Source: a virus
Taxonomy: Duplodnaviria; Heunggongvirae; Uroviricota; Caudoviricetes
Length of the DNA: 64,000 bases
IMG/VR virus record: IMGVR_UViG_3300005253_000053
Reading direction: 5' to 3' (one strand)
This document shows, piece by piece, positions 44,285 to 53,511 of this stretch. The stretch's first letter is position 1, and every line of letters begins with the position of its first letter. The position numbers and the translations under genes were made by a program. Below the pieces are notes generated by a model, which saw only the letters and a list, made by a program, of their open reading frames with translations, had not been told where the DNA came from and did not search any database.

Positions 44285-44778
44285 CAGAGCCCCACATCCA
44301 GGGCTTCCTGATGCCGACAGTGATAACAAGTCGAAACCTGCGGATACTGCGTCCAGTGATGGTCTTTATGCCACTCGCGCGGGACGCCCTCCATGCCGCA
44401 CAACGCCTTACCGTGGTAGAGGATGTGGACGATCAGGAACGAACGGGGCTTGGATGTCAAACCGTGCATGCGGGTGGCCGTCTCCAGGTCGTCGGCGAAC
44501 GGCTGAACCAAGCGGTAGCCCACCGACTCACCGCCGCCGGACTGCGTCCCGTCGAGGGCAATCTTGAATATCACAGCGGAAGCGCCATGAGATTGGACCC
44601 GGATCAGGCCCCGGAGGCTCCTTTCACGGTCGTAGGTCGTCATCTCCATGTCGCCGTCGGGCATCGGGTCGTCGGTGAACGGGATCTCGGCGCGGGCCTG
44701 CTCGCAGGCCGCAACAAGCTCGCGGAGGGTCGTCTCGGTGAGAAGAACCCGGGCGGCGTTGATTTGGATCTCAGACAT
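44284..44778 (-). CDS. hypothetical protein with C-terminal Cys/His cluster
   Basis: 164 aa, ...CYHCRH. Confidence 0.5.
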   Translation of the reverse strand: MSEIQINAARVLLTETTLRELVAACEQARAEIPFTDDPMPDGDMEMTTYDRERSLRGLIRVQSHGASAVIFKIALDGTQSGGGESVGYRLVQPFADDLETATRMHGLTSKPRSFLIVHILYHGKALCGMEGVPREWHKDHHWTQYPQVSTCYHCRHQEALDVGL

Positions 44779-45020
44779 CAGGCATCCCTATCCAGGTCGA
44801 CCGCGTCAGCTTCCAGGTACCGCTTAGCGAAGTCGATGACCTCCAGAGTCGTGTTGAACACGAAGCGCTCAGTCGTCGCTTCCTTGCGGATCTTCTCGTC
44901 GAACCCGCGAGTTTTCTTGAGCACCTTGATATCCACGGTGAAGCCATTCTCCACGCGCTTGATCTTGATCTCCCGGTGGGAGGGAGGACCGACCTCAGGC
45001 ATTATGCTAGCATTGGCCAT
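44778..45020 (-). CDS. hypothetical small protein
   Basis: Start set at MANASIMPE. Confidence 0.4.
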   Translation of the reverse strand: MANASIMPEVGPPSHREIKIKRVENGFTVDIKVLKKTRGFDEKIRKEATTERFVFNTTLEVIDFAKRYLEADAVDLDRDA

Positions 45021-45283
45021 CAGGAGTTCTCCTCGATCTCGGCAATGCGCTCCCAGACCCAGTCGGCGTGACAATGATGGGTCGTGTGCGGTCCGGTCAC
45101 GTGGTAGCGCCGCCCATGCTCATGGATCTTCTGGCCCGGCTCTCGCCCTTTGGCCTCCCGGCACCGCTTACACAGGCGGGCGGCGGGACGCTTCAGTTCA
45201 TCAATCCGAACCCGCGTCTCAAGCAACCTGTCCCGCTCCGCTTGGTTCGCCTCGTCTTGTTCTGCGCGCAGGTCAACCACCAT
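45020..45283 (-). CDS. small Cys/His-rich protein
   Basis: 87 aa, CKRC..HHCH. Confidence 0.4.
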   Translation of the reverse strand: MVVDLRAEQDEANQAERDRLLETRVRIDELKRPAARLCKRCREAKGREPGQKIHEHGRRYHVTGPHTTHHCHADWVWERIAEIEENS

Positions 45284-45879
45284 CAGGATTCCTTATTTTT
45301 CTCGTGCACCACTCTGGCGATGGCAATCGGGCATTCGTCGTCGTGTTCCAACTCCTCAGGGTTCACAGACCGGTTGTTGCAGAACTTGCAGGACCAGCCC
45401 CGGACCATTGACTCGATACCCTTGGGGTCCAACTCCAGCCAATCGATATCCGCACTGCCCTTGAGATCGACAAAGACACCTTCGTACCTCGCGGCCACGT
45501 CGAACAGGTTGCTGCACTCCAGGGACATGTGATCCAGGGCGCGAAGGATCTGGTCCCGGACGATCCGCTCGATCTGCGGGCCGTCGTCCACGTCCACGTC
45601 GTTATCTTCGACGAGACCCCTGATCTCACGAGACGCTTCCTCGACGCAAGCCTGGACAACGACGTCCCGCTCGGTCAGAGTCCGGACACGCGTCACACGT
45701 TCGAGCAGTTCGGCGTACTCAGGGATCGCGCTATGTGCGGGCGGCAGCCGCATCACCACTTCGCGCAGGGGCGTCTCTCGTGGCTTGACCTCGGACCCCG
45801 GTGTGACAACGGGTTTCTTGGTCGTGGAGAACACGATGTGTTCGTAATCATCGACCCCTTTGAATTCGTCAGGCATCAA
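45283..45879 (-). CDS. hypothetical acidic protein with C-terminal zinc ribbon
   Basis: 198 aa, CKFC...ECP. Confidence 0.5.
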   Translation of the reverse strand: MMPDEFKGVDDYEHIVFSTTKKPVVTPGSEVKPRETPLREVVMRLPPAHSAIPEYAELLERVTRVRTLTERDVVVQACVEEASREIRGLVEDNDVDVDDGPQIERIVRDQILRALDHMSLECSNLFDVAARYEGVFVDLKGSADIDWLELDPKGIESMVRGWSCKFCNNRSVNPEELEHDDECPIAIARVVHEKNKES

Positions 45880-46091
45880 TCAGGCCTCCTGGACCCCTGA
45901 CCGAAGCCCTTCTCCGGCTCGGCCCCTTCCGCGTGGAAAGTGTGGTCCTGGCGAATCGCGGCAGGCAGGACCACGGTGGAGAGCCACTTGATGGCGTCTG
46001 CGACCGCGCGAGCGTGGCCATGGTCCATGGCCGAGAACGTCTCCTTGCGCTGCGGAAAGCTGCCCATTGTCTCGATTTTGATCAGACCCAT
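45876..46091 (-). CDS. hypothetical small protein
   Basis: 71 aa. Confidence 0.35.
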   Translation of the reverse strand: MGLIKIETMGSFPQRKETFSAMDHGHARAVADAIKWLSTVVLPAAIRQDHTFHAEGAEPEKGFGQGSRRPD

Positions 46092-46125
46092 CGCAGTTCC
46101 TCTTCGGCCTCGAACTCCACGTCAA

Positions 46126-46608
46126 TCACGCAATGGCAGGAAGCGTGACAGCGCGGAGCATCTCCAGGAGTTTGGGCCAATACTCCTCAACTGGAGATCC
46201 ATCTTCGATGTACCGCATGCAGTACACGAAATCCTCTTCGGAGCGTTTGGCATGCAACTCGACCCAACCCTTCGACTCCCAGTACTTTAGAACCTCAATA
46301 CGCTGCAAATACACCAACTCTGTGTGCAGCGCTTCCAACCGGCTTTGAGTGAAGTGGTGGCTATCCACAGTACTCAGCAGGCAGTTCCGGTCAACGACTT
46401 CCAGAATGGTCTCCAGGCTGAGCGTACCGACCAGGGCAGGTAGCTTCTTCAGCTTGTTCATAATCTCCAAGACCTGCTCATCGCGTACCGAGAAATCCCA
46501 GTCTTCCAGGATTCCCTGCACTGCGGTTCCCAGACTAGCTGCGGCCGTAAGCCGGTAGGCCTCCTCACAACGGGGCATCAGAATCCTGTCGTCATCTGGT
46601 CTGCTCAT
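46126..46608 (-). CDS. hypothetical protein, paralog of 39181..39672
   Basis: Starts at the class A motif ATG. Confidence 0.55.
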   Translation of the reverse strand: MSRPDDDRILMPRCEEAYRLTAAASLGTAVQGILEDWDFSVRDEQVLEIMNKLKKLPALVGTLSLETILEVVDRNCLLSTVDSHHFTQSRLEALHTELVYLQRIEVLKYWESKGWVELHAKRSEEDFVYCMRYIEDGSPVEEYWPKLLEMLRAVTLPAIA

Positions 46609-46645
46609 AACAGTATTATCGGATCGGGGCGGCTATTTAGCCAAG
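46606..46645 (-). promoter_or_regulatory. class A promoter motif (canonical: TTGGCT-N18-GATAAT-N6-ATG)
   Basis: plus: cataacagtattatcggatcggggcggctatttagccaa. Confidence 0.55.
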
Positions 46646-46650
46646 GAAAA

Positions 46651-48564
46651 TTATCCGGCAGCGTTTAACCGCTCAACCGCCTTGGAGAACGCAAGAACAC
46701 GTAAGTAGGTAGTGTCTCTCACTTTTCCTGAAATCGCCTCGATGATCTTTTTTGCAGTACACTCGGCGATCCTGGCCCCTCTGGACAGTTCCTTCACAGA
46801 GTATCCCGCACACAGCGAGCGCATCACATGCGTGTCGACGAACACGGGAAGGTCCTCCCAGTGCCGGAGGCATACCTGCATCAGCATCCGCTTAAACAAA
46901 TCCTTTTCCACACTGACCTGGGCACGCGCTATGCCGGAGACAAGCGCGCTGCCCTTCCGAGCCCTAGGTTGCCGTGGGCGATTTACCTTCGGACGCTTGA
47001 CCACGCGAGTCCTCGCCTCTTTCAAGGCCTCGGCCGCTTGCGTGATCTGATCAGCCCAGTGCTGCCGAACCCGACGGCCGGGCTTGTCCAAGTCGTAGAG
47101 GTACTCGTAAATGGTGTACCGTTTCATCCCGGTCACTTCCGCTACAACGCTGGCGGCCATCCCTCGAATCAGTGGCGCAATCTCCGAGAGCAGCACCGAC
47201 CGTATAGGATTACAACGCAGTTGTACTTCCCGAGCCACCTTCGCTGCACAAGCACCCACGCAGTACCGGGACCGCCAGTTGAGCGGGAGGTCCGCCTTGC
47301 AGACGCAACACGCACGATAAGCCAGGGGCAGGTCTGGGCGAACGGTACCAAAAGCTGCCTGACTCACACGAACAATTCCCACGCTGACCTCGGCCACAAC
47401 CTTTTGCTGCGTCTGCCCGGCGGCGTAGCGTTCGCGGATATCGCGGATGAGATCGTCATCGTCGAACCAATCCGGCTTTGGCTCTCGCAGCAACGCCTGT
47501 AACCGATACCGCTCCTTCTGCTTGGCTTCTACGAATTTCTCCAAACATTTCGTAGAACAATAAACCCAGCGACTGGGCGGCAAAGGAGACTTCCCACACT
47601 GCTTACATACGGTGCCAACCTGACTTTCCTTCCGCTCCTTCTTTAGCTCCCTCGACCGCCGAACCCCAGCGACCGCGCGCACCTGGGCGTGTCCCGCCGC
47701 GACACACTCACCCGTACAGTACTTGATGTACTTTCTTGGTCTTCCGAATCGGACGTAGAAGCGGTTGCATTTCGCACACCGTGGAGCGACCCGACCGCGA
47801 CGCGTTCGCTGCTTCTTGCTTGGTGTAACCGGTTTATTGCCTATGAGGAAGTTTGCCGCATCTGCCTGCATTCCGTCGTAAGCGACGTCCAGCGCGGCTT
47901 TGCGAAGACGCACGCGCATAGCCTTCTGCCCACAGCCCCTACGCTGCGTCGAGCTTGGGCAGAACAGGGGCAGCTTGCCACCCTTCGGCGGTCGGCGAGC
48001 TTTGAATGTTTTTTCACAGTGCGCACAGACGATACTGATTGCACGAAGCGGGATCAGGGGAAGGTGCTTGTACGTCTTTCCAACCGCGACAGCGTATACC
48101 GATGCCGAGCAGACATCGAACTCCTCGGCCAGGGAATAGGATGTCTGACCATCCGCCCAACGATCCCGGACTTCCATTACCTCGGCGTCGCTAAACAGTC
48201 CTCTACTGCCCCGACGACTCCGCCCTCTCGGGATAGTCCTTGCCCGGACGTCGTTTTCTATGGCACGCGCCTTACGGATTGCATACTTGGACGCGGCCTC
48301 ACCGATCTGAGGGTACAGCGCCCGGTAGCTCCGCTTCTTAACGACGTCTTTGCAGGCGTCGTCACAGTACTGCTGATTGTAATTCTCGGCGTAAAAAGGC
48401 CCCTCGCAGGCGTTACACTCTCGGGCAGTGTCCCAGGCCCAGGTCTTACCCCGCAAAATATTACCGACGCAGGACTTATCTACGCTGTACGTCTTCGCAA
48501 TACGTGCCCGGCTCCACCCCTGCCGGGCGCGCTTCCGAATCAGATCCGCCCGGCGGCGAGTCAT
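46651..48564 (-). CDS. multi-HTH / multi-zinc-finger DNA-binding protein
   Basis: Three repeats of R(W/Y)A.GQT...(I/V)A......V....V (HTH-like). More than six CxxC pairs. Start set at MTRRRADLIRK (ATGA-coupled). Confidence 0.5.
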   Translation of the reverse strand: MTRRRADLIRKRARQGWSRARIAKTYSVDKSCVGNILRGKTWAWDTARECNACEGPFYAENYNQQYCDDACKDVVKKRSYRALYPQIGEAASKYAIRKARAIENDVRARTIPRGRSRRGSRGLFSDAEVMEVRDRWADGQTSYSLAEEFDVCSASVYAVAVGKTYKHLPLIPLRAISIVCAHCEKTFKARRPPKGGKLPLFCPSSTQRRGCGQKAMRVRLRKAALDVAYDGMQADAANFLIGNKPVTPSKKQRTRRGRVAPRCAKCNRFYVRFGRPRKYIKYCTGECVAAGHAQVRAVAGVRRSRELKKERKESQVGTVCKQCGKSPLPPSRWVYCSTKCLEKFVEAKQKERYRLQALLREPKPDWFDDDDLIRDIRERYAAGQTQQKVVAEVSVGIVRVSQAAFGTVRPDLPLAYRACCVCKADLPLNWRSRYCVGACAAKVAREVQLRCNPIRSVLLSEIAPLIRGMAASVVAEVTGMKRYTIYEYLYDLDKPGRRVRQHWADQITQAAEALKEARTRVVKRPKVNRPRQPRARKGSALVSGIARAQVSVEKDLFKRMLMQVCLRHWEDLPVFVDTHVMRSLCAGYSVKELSRGARIAECTAKKIIEAISGKVRDTTYLRVLAFSKAVERLNAAG

Positions 48565-49202
48565 CTTTTGCGTTTTTTGCTTGCCTTGGTGCGCAATAGC
48601 TGTTGGATCTTCTTGATCACGGTGCCCCGAGTGACGCGGTACCGCGTTCCGGTCGACATAATGGCCCATACGACGCCCTTGTCATCCAGTTCCGCGTCCG
48701 CGACGAACGGGACGGTCTTGCGGGTCCGGTTGAGCGGCAGCTTCGGCCTAGTGAACCCGAGCGCATCCGACAGAGGACGCGGGTCGGCGATCTCCAGGGC
48801 TTTGTCGATGGCCTTGTCGATCTTGACCCGGGTGATGCCGCCCTGGTTCTGCTTGACCCGCAGCATGTTCAGGTAGCTCGCACCGATCCCGCGCATCATG
48901 GCCACCTTGAGCGACTTGTCGGGCAGGTTCCCCCGGCCGACTTCGAGCATCACCTTGAGGTGCTCCAGGCTGCGGAACAGGACGCCGTGCTCGACGAGGC
49001 AGCGGTCCGTGAACTTGACGAACTCCTCGGGGGGCAGCTTATCAGACACTTCGACCATGATGTACGAGACCTCCAGAAGGAAGTCGGACTCGGCCTCCCC
49101 GTACTGGTCGATGATGCGCATCGCGGCGGCTGCGGACTTGACTGCGCGGATCTCCTTCATCGTGGTGTAGGACAGCTTGCGGCGCGTTTTAACTTTGGGC
49201 AC
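48561..49202 (-). CDS. hypothetical basic protein
   Basis: 213 aa. Confidence 0.5.
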   Translation of the reverse strand: MPKVKTRRKLSYTTMKEIRAVKSAAAAMRIIDQYGEAESDFLLEVSYIMVEVSDKLPPEEFVKFTDRCLVEHGVLFRSLEHLKVMLEVGRGNLPDKSLKVAMMRGIGASYLNMLRVKQNQGGITRVKIDKAIDKALEIADPRPLSDALGFTRPKLPLNRTRKTVPFVADAELDDKGVVWAIMSTGTRYRVTRGTVIKKIQQLLRTKASKKRKR

Positions 49203-49635
49203 GGTGCTTCTCCTTGTGTGGAGGTAACATTTTGTACGTAGATTCCATCAGGTCCACCTCGACCAGCTTCGCCAGTTCGTCCGGTAGGGCCATGATGCTC
49301 GTGATGATGTCAAAGTGGTCGGTGACGCCTTCTGCGGTGATGCCATCAGACATGCCGTCCGCGATCCAGTCCATCAGGATCAGGAAGTCCGTCAGATCGT
49401 AGGCAAACCCACTGTCTGCGTGTCGACGCTCCCAATAGCGATCCAGGTACTTCTCGGCGCGGACAACTGCCCCAGCATCGCACAGGGAGGGGTACGCATC
49501 GCAGTGCTGAACGGTCATCTGCTCGACGGTGGCCGTCAGCCACTGCTTGATCTCGTAGCCAGTGCAGATATCAGCGATCTGGGGTACTTCGGCGTCCATA
49601 CCTGTATCATCGGGGTGGCCGGAATCGAAGCTCAT
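49189..49635 (-). CDS. hypothetical acidic protein
   Basis: Starts at the class A motif ATG. Confidence 0.5.
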   Translation of the reverse strand: MSFDSGHPDDTGMDAEVPQIADICTGYEIKQWLTATVEQMTVQHCDAYPSLCDAGAVVRAEKYLDRYWERRHADSGFAYDLTDFLILMDWIADGMSDGITAEGVTDHFDIITSIMALPDELAKLVEVDLMESTYKMLPPHKEKHRAQS

Positions 49636-49671
49636 AATAGTACTATCGGATTCGGACAGCTATTTGGTCAG
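49633..49671 (-). promoter_or_regulatory. class A promoter motif
   Basis: plus: cataatagtactatcggattcggacagctatttggtca. Confidence 0.55.
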
Positions 49672-49684
49672 GTAATTTTGTGGG

Positions 49685-50194
49685 TCAAGCCATCGCCTCC
49701 ACGCAGTTGTACCACCGGCAGGAGCCCTGAGCAATGCCCGACAGCGGCAGTCCACACCCAGGGCAGGGCCTCAACGCGGGCCGGTCCAGTTGGAACTCAG
49801 ACTCCAGGCCGCTCGCCTCGTAGATGCTGCCAGTCAGCAGGTACGGCGGCACCCAGCCCGTACCCCGGCGACCCTCCTCGAAGCCCTTCATCTCGCAGTC
49901 GGAAGGGATCTCCTCGTGAAGAACCGTGAGCCGGTGGGCCGTCACGGGGCACCAATCGTGGATCTTGGCGGCCAGCCGCGCGAACCATTCGATGGGCTGT
50001 GTTTCCTCCAGGTCCTCGGGCTCGATTACGTCCTCCAGGATCATCGTGTCGGCCAGAGCCTGCGGGGTGGAACCGATGTCGTCCAGCGTGAAGTAGCGGA
50101 CCTTGGTAGGGAAATGACTGTGCCATATCCACTTGCCGAGATTGAATAGCTCGCTGTTGTCGATATTGAGAAGGTAGCAGATGTTGGCCCTCAC
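49685..50194 (-). CDS. hypothetical protein with C-terminal zinc ribbon
   Basis: 169 aa, CPGCG...CRWYNC. Confidence 0.45.
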   Translation of the reverse strand: MRANICYLLNIDNSELFNLGKWIWHSHFPTKVRYFTLDDIGSTPQALADTMILEDVIEPEDLEETQPIEWFARLAAKIHDWCPVTAHRLTVLHEEIPSDCEMKGFEEGRRGTGWVPPYLLTGSIYEASGLESEFQLDRPALRPCPGCGLPLSGIAQGSCRWYNCVEAMA

Positions 50195-50267
50195 GCCTTC
50201 TCCAGACTACCCGTTTTCGTCACAGAGCCAGCAGGAGCGGCAAGTTGAATAGTCATCCCGATTCCGT

Positions 50268-50594
50268 TCAGTGGACGAGGGATATGGACTGGAGTAATTC
50301 AGCGGTTTCGTGGATGTCCTTGTTGCGGGTGACGATATGATGTGCGGAAGCGTGCGCGGTCTGCTGACGGGCGAGGGGGAGTTCTCGGTAGACGTGAACG
50401 ACGTATCCATTACTTCCCTTCTTCAGACCCCGGTGGGCCAACGTCGTGACGATGCCATTGTGAAAAGTCAGAAAGAAGCAGTTTTCCGCGCGGGGTCCAT
50501 TGTGGGGGAGGGTAGTCTCTGCCACGGCTGCACGGGTCTTCTGTACGTCGTCAAGTTCAGACCACCTCTTCCAGTCTTTCGTCGGGCGCTTCAT
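50268..50594 (-). CDS. hypothetical small protein
   Basis: 108 aa. Confidence 0.4.
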   Translation of the reverse strand: MKRPTKDWKRWSELDDVQKTRAAVAETTLPHNGPRAENCFFLTFHNGIVTTLAHRGLKKGSNGYVVHVYRELPLARQQTAHASAHHIVTRNKDIHETAELLQSISLVH

Positions 50595-50640
50595 GTCGGG
50601 TCCTCGTCTGACGTCTCCTAAATCATAAAGAGGTAGCAGA

Positions 50641-50748
50641 TGTTACCCATCAGCCTTCATCTGGTCCTTGGCTTTCTTGCGTTCCTTACGACGCGCCTGC
50701 CTGCGGCGCTTCTGAGACGCACTCGCATGTCTGATCTTTGTCCTGGCC
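50641..50748 (-). CDS. very basic 35-aa peptide (not in ORF track)
   Basis: MARTKIRHASASQKRRRQARRKERKKAKDQMKADG. GGAGAGGA 4 nt upstream. Confidence 0.3.
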
Positions 50749-50824
50749 ATTTATCCTCTCCAATGTTCGGCCGCGAAGAGCCGGGCAAGACCAACGAGTA
50801 TCCAAACCCACCAGTACTTGTCGC

Positions 50825-51163
50825 TCACGTCGGCCTCTTCAGCAGGCCCGGCTCCATGCGATTGTACCCGGAGTGCGGGTAGGCGCAGATGCGGCAGCTT
50901 AGCTGCGGAATGACCGACGTATGGCCGCAGTTGGGACAGTCAAAGAACCGGTTCAAGTCGGCCTCCGCCGCCTTTCTCACGGTTTCTTCGTAGCGCGCCT
51001 CCATCAGGTCCTGCGCAGCCTCAAACGCTTCCATTGCCTCAAGAATCTGGCGATACTCCGCATCGCTGAACTCACACAAGGTTCCGTGGGACTCGTCTTC
51101 CTCATCCTCGATCACCGAGAAATGCGGGTAGTGCTCGTCGCAGTCGATTGAGATCTTGGGCAT
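50825..51163 (-). CDS. zinc-ribbon protein
   Basis: Start set at MPKISIDCDEH (AGGAGAGGAG upstream). CPNCG...CRIC. Confidence 0.45.
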   Translation of the reverse strand: MPKISIDCDEHYPHFSVIEDEEDESHGTLCEFSDAEYRQILEAMEAFEAAQDLMEARYEETVRKAAEADLNRFFDCPNCGHTSVIPQLSCRICAYPHSGYNRMEPGLLKRPT

Positions 51164-51195
51164 GGGACGCGCTCCTCTCCTACCCTGTGGCATCT

Positions 51196-51414
51196 TCAGG
51201 CCACGTGGCCTGTCGGTTTCTTGATGGACTCCTCCAGGACGGCCTTCACCTCGATGCGCCAGCGCCCGTGCCAACCGCACTTGTCACAATCCAGAGTCAG
51301 ATCCTCGTCGCGACCCATGTGCCCGCAGTCTACGCTGAACTTCGAGCCGCAGCCCGGACAGGTGGCCCTCACGTGCATGTGGCTAATTTCGCAGTAGTCG
51401 ATCTTGACGTCCAT
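51196..51414 (-). CDS. zinc-ribbon mini-protein
   Basis: CPGCG..C..CDKCG. Starts at the class A motif ATG. Confidence 0.5.
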   Translation of the reverse strand: MDVKIDYCEISHMHVRATCPGCGSKFSVDCGHMGRDEDLTLDCDKCGWHGRWRIEVKAVLEESIKKPTGHVA

Positions 51415-51451
51415 AACAGTGTTATCGGATCGGGACGGCTATTTGGTCAGA
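51412..51451 (-). promoter_or_regulatory. class A promoter motif
   Basis: plus: cataacagtgttatcggatcgggacggctatttggtca. Confidence 0.55.
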
Positions 51452-51487
51452 TAATTTTGCGGGTCAGAGGAGGGAGAGAAATTTCGC

Positions 51488-51823
51488 TTAGTTGCCCCTC
51501 GTACGCGGCTGCCGCGTCTCGGGGTCCATCTCGTACGTCATCACTTCGTTGCAGAAAGTAATCGTCCCGCCGCCAGACAGTTTGCCGTCCCACACCTTGC
51601 CCCACGTCTCGTCTTCCCGCGAGCCAGTGATTGTGACACGGAACCCTACGTGTTCGCCTTCAGCGAGAACCCATGATGCCCCCGTCCAGTCTACACCTTC
51701 CGCCGGTTCCGCAACCCGCTGTCCCAGCGGATAACACAGCACCGTCTTGTTGCTAGGCATGGGAGTCTCGTCTTCAGGAGCCTCAGTGAGGAGGTGTCGG
51801 AGAGCTTTGCGGGTCTGATCCAT
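51488..51823 (-). CDS. MDxTRxAIRxxLxE-tagged protein, 111 aa
   Basis: MDQTRKALRHLLTEA... The track ORF extends upstream through the promoter. Confidence 0.6.
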   Translation of the reverse strand: MDQTRKALRHLLTEAPEDETPMPSNKTVLCYPLGQRVAEPAEGVDWTGASWVLAEGEHVGFRVTITGSREDETWGKVWDGKLSGGGTITFCNEVMTYEMDPETRQPRTRGN

Positions 51824-51885
51824 GGGCAGCAGTATACCTGGATATTCGAGGATTGCGAAATTGAAACGGGCAAAAATTTTGTGTG
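51824..51885 (-). promoter_or_regulatory. class B promoter (GGTATACT-N7-ATG) with upstream AAAATTTT element
   Basis: mRNA-sense CACACAAAATTTTTGCCCGTTTCAATTTCGCAATCCTCGAATATCCAGGTATACTGCTGCCCATG. Confidence 0.5.
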
Positions 51886-51887
51886 GC

Positions 51888-52376
51888 TCAGGTCTGTAGG
51901 TCCAGGCGCAGGAAGATGGCTTCGTAATTCTCCCGGGACTCGCGATGCGTCTCCACAAAGCCAAAACGCTCGTACAAGTGGTGGGCCGCCCGCTCGTCGT
52001 CGAGATCAGACGTAAACAGCTTGAGGCACTCGTAGCCCTCATCCTTGGCCCGCTGAATCGTGAAGCGCAGCAAATCGGTCCCCAGGCCCTGCTTCCGGTG
52101 GTCGGGATGAACGCAGAACCAACCGACCCAGATCGCCTCGGGCGTAGGAATCTCGTTGTAGAAGCCAGTAACCCCAGTGACCACACCGTTTTCAATAGCA
52201 ACCCAGTAGCGAATGTCGGAGCACTCGTGGGCTTCCATGAAATCGGTGTGGGACCCAGGACGGGTGGCCTCCTCAAAGCAGCGCTTGATGGATTCCTGGT
52301 CATCGTCCTTGAACACCTGCTGCGTCAACAGCATGGCCTGATCGGCGAACTCAGCGGTGAGCGGCAAGGGCTTCAC
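51888..52376 (-). CDS. GNAT acetyltransferase
   Basis: VHPDHRKQGLGTDLL (motif A). Start placed at the class A motif GTG. Confidence 0.6.
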   Translation of the reverse strand: MKPLPLTAEFADQAMLLTQQVFKDDDQESIKRCFEEATRPGSHTDFMEAHECSDIRYWVAIENGVVTGVTGFYNEIPTPEAIWVGWFCVHPDHRKQGLGTDLLRFTIQRAKDEGYECLKLFTSDLDDERAAHHLYERFGFVETHRESRENYEAIFLRLDLQT

Positions 52377-52410
52377 AACAGTATTATTGGATCGGAAGGC
52401 CTGTTTACCC
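52374..52410 (-). promoter_or_regulatory. class A promoter motif (GTG variant)
   Basis: plus: cacaacagtattattggatcggaaggcctgtttaccc. Confidence 0.45.
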
Positions 52411-52917
52411 AAGGAAATCCGACTCGGGAAACCTCTTCGCGCGTCGCATGAGAGCCTCAGGCGTCATCCGGGGGTGCATCAGGTCGGTGACATCGACCTT
52501 GATGGCCTCCCGCTGATCCCAGACGTCGAGGTAGACCGTGTCGCCCAGCGTCAGGCCGGGCAGCAGGACGCGCAGGCGATTCAGAACCTCGGAGTCGAGC
52601 GTGGGCACCGTAATCCCGTCGTCGTAGCCGCGAATCCAGCCGTGTTCTAGCGCTTCGGCCTCAACCCGTTGGCGGTCGTGGGGATCGTCGGAAACCGTGC
52701 TCACCTCGTCCAGCAACTCCTCGATGCCCGGGTCGCCAGGGTACATCTCAGGAAAGCGCCTCAAGGCCTCAGCGGCGTGCGTCGTCCAGCCACTCCCAGT
52801 CCAGCCACTCCCAATGTTGATGTACTCGCCGTCGGGCAGGAGCCACCAGCGGCCCAGCCATGTGGACTCGCGGGCCTCGGTGAGGATGGAACGGATGGCG
52901 TGACGGGTGGAATCCAT
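52405..52917 (-). CDS. MDxTRxAIRxxLxE-tagged protein, paralog of 52917..53441
   Basis: MDSTRHAIRSILTEA... WWLLPDGEYINIGSGW and HGWIRGYDDG blocks shared with the neighbour. Confidence 0.6.
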   Translation of the reverse strand: MDSTRHAIRSILTEARESTWLGRWWLLPDGEYINIGSGWTGSGWTTHAAEALRRFPEMYPGDPGIEELLDEVSTVSDDPHDRQRVEAEALEHGWIRGYDDGITVPTLDSEVLNRLRVLLPGLTLGDTVYLDVWDQREAIKVDVTDLMHPRMTPEALMRRAKRFPESDFLG

Positions 52918-53441
52918 TAGGCCTGCCGCGTGACTTGGGCAGGATGCTTTGCCAGCAGAACCGTCTCCACATCGGCGTACATGTACCCACTGCCATATTC
53001 GAGCAGGATTTTGCCCTTCGTGGCACCCCGGTCGAGCAGGAACGTCTGTATACGCCTCAGCGACTCAGCATCGAACTCCAGCATGTCGAAGCCGCCGGTA
53101 TCGGTTACACGAATCCAGCCATCCCGGATCGCCACCTGCTCAGGGTTGTTCATGTAGCGCGCGACGAAGTCAGGCTTCTTGGCGTACTCCCGAGCAATAT
53201 CGGCGTGGACGTCGTACCAGGGGCCGTCGAAGGTCTCGTCCATGATGTCCTGCTCAGAGGCCGACAGGAACCCCCAGTCGATCTCAGCAGCGACGGCCAG
53301 AGCAGCCGCCTCGTGATTCCAGCCACTGTCTTCAACAGTCACAACCTCGCCATCAGGCAGAATCCAGTAATCAGCACGGAGCACGTCGGCAGCATCGGAC
53401 TCAGTGAGCAGCTTTCGGATGGCGTGACGGGTCTGATCCAT
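52917..53441 (-). CDS. MDxTRxAIRxxLxE-tagged protein, paralog of 52405..52917
   Basis: MDQTRHAIRKLLTES... YWILPDGEVVTVEDSGW, DGWIRVTDTG. Confidence 0.6.
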   Translation of the reverse strand: MDQTRHAIRKLLTESDAADVLRADYWILPDGEVVTVEDSGWNHEAAALAVAAEIDWGFLSASEQDIMDETFDGPWYDVHADIAREYAKKPDFVARYMNNPEQVAIRDGWIRVTDTGGFDMLEFDAESLRRIQTFLLDRGATKGKILLEYGSGYMYADVETVLLAKHPAQVTRQA

Positions 53442-53505
53442 GGCGAAAACATCATATCAGGGAATCCGGGGATCTCGAAATTGAAACGGCCCAAAATTTT
53501 GTGTG
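53442..53505 (-). promoter_or_regulatory. class B promoter variant (TATGAT-N9-ATG) with AAAATTTT element
   Basis: mRNA-sense GAACACACAAAATTTTGGGCCGTTTCAATTTCGAGATCCCCGGATTCCCTGATATGATGTTTTCGCCATG. Confidence 0.45.
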
Positions 53506-53511
53506 TTCGGA

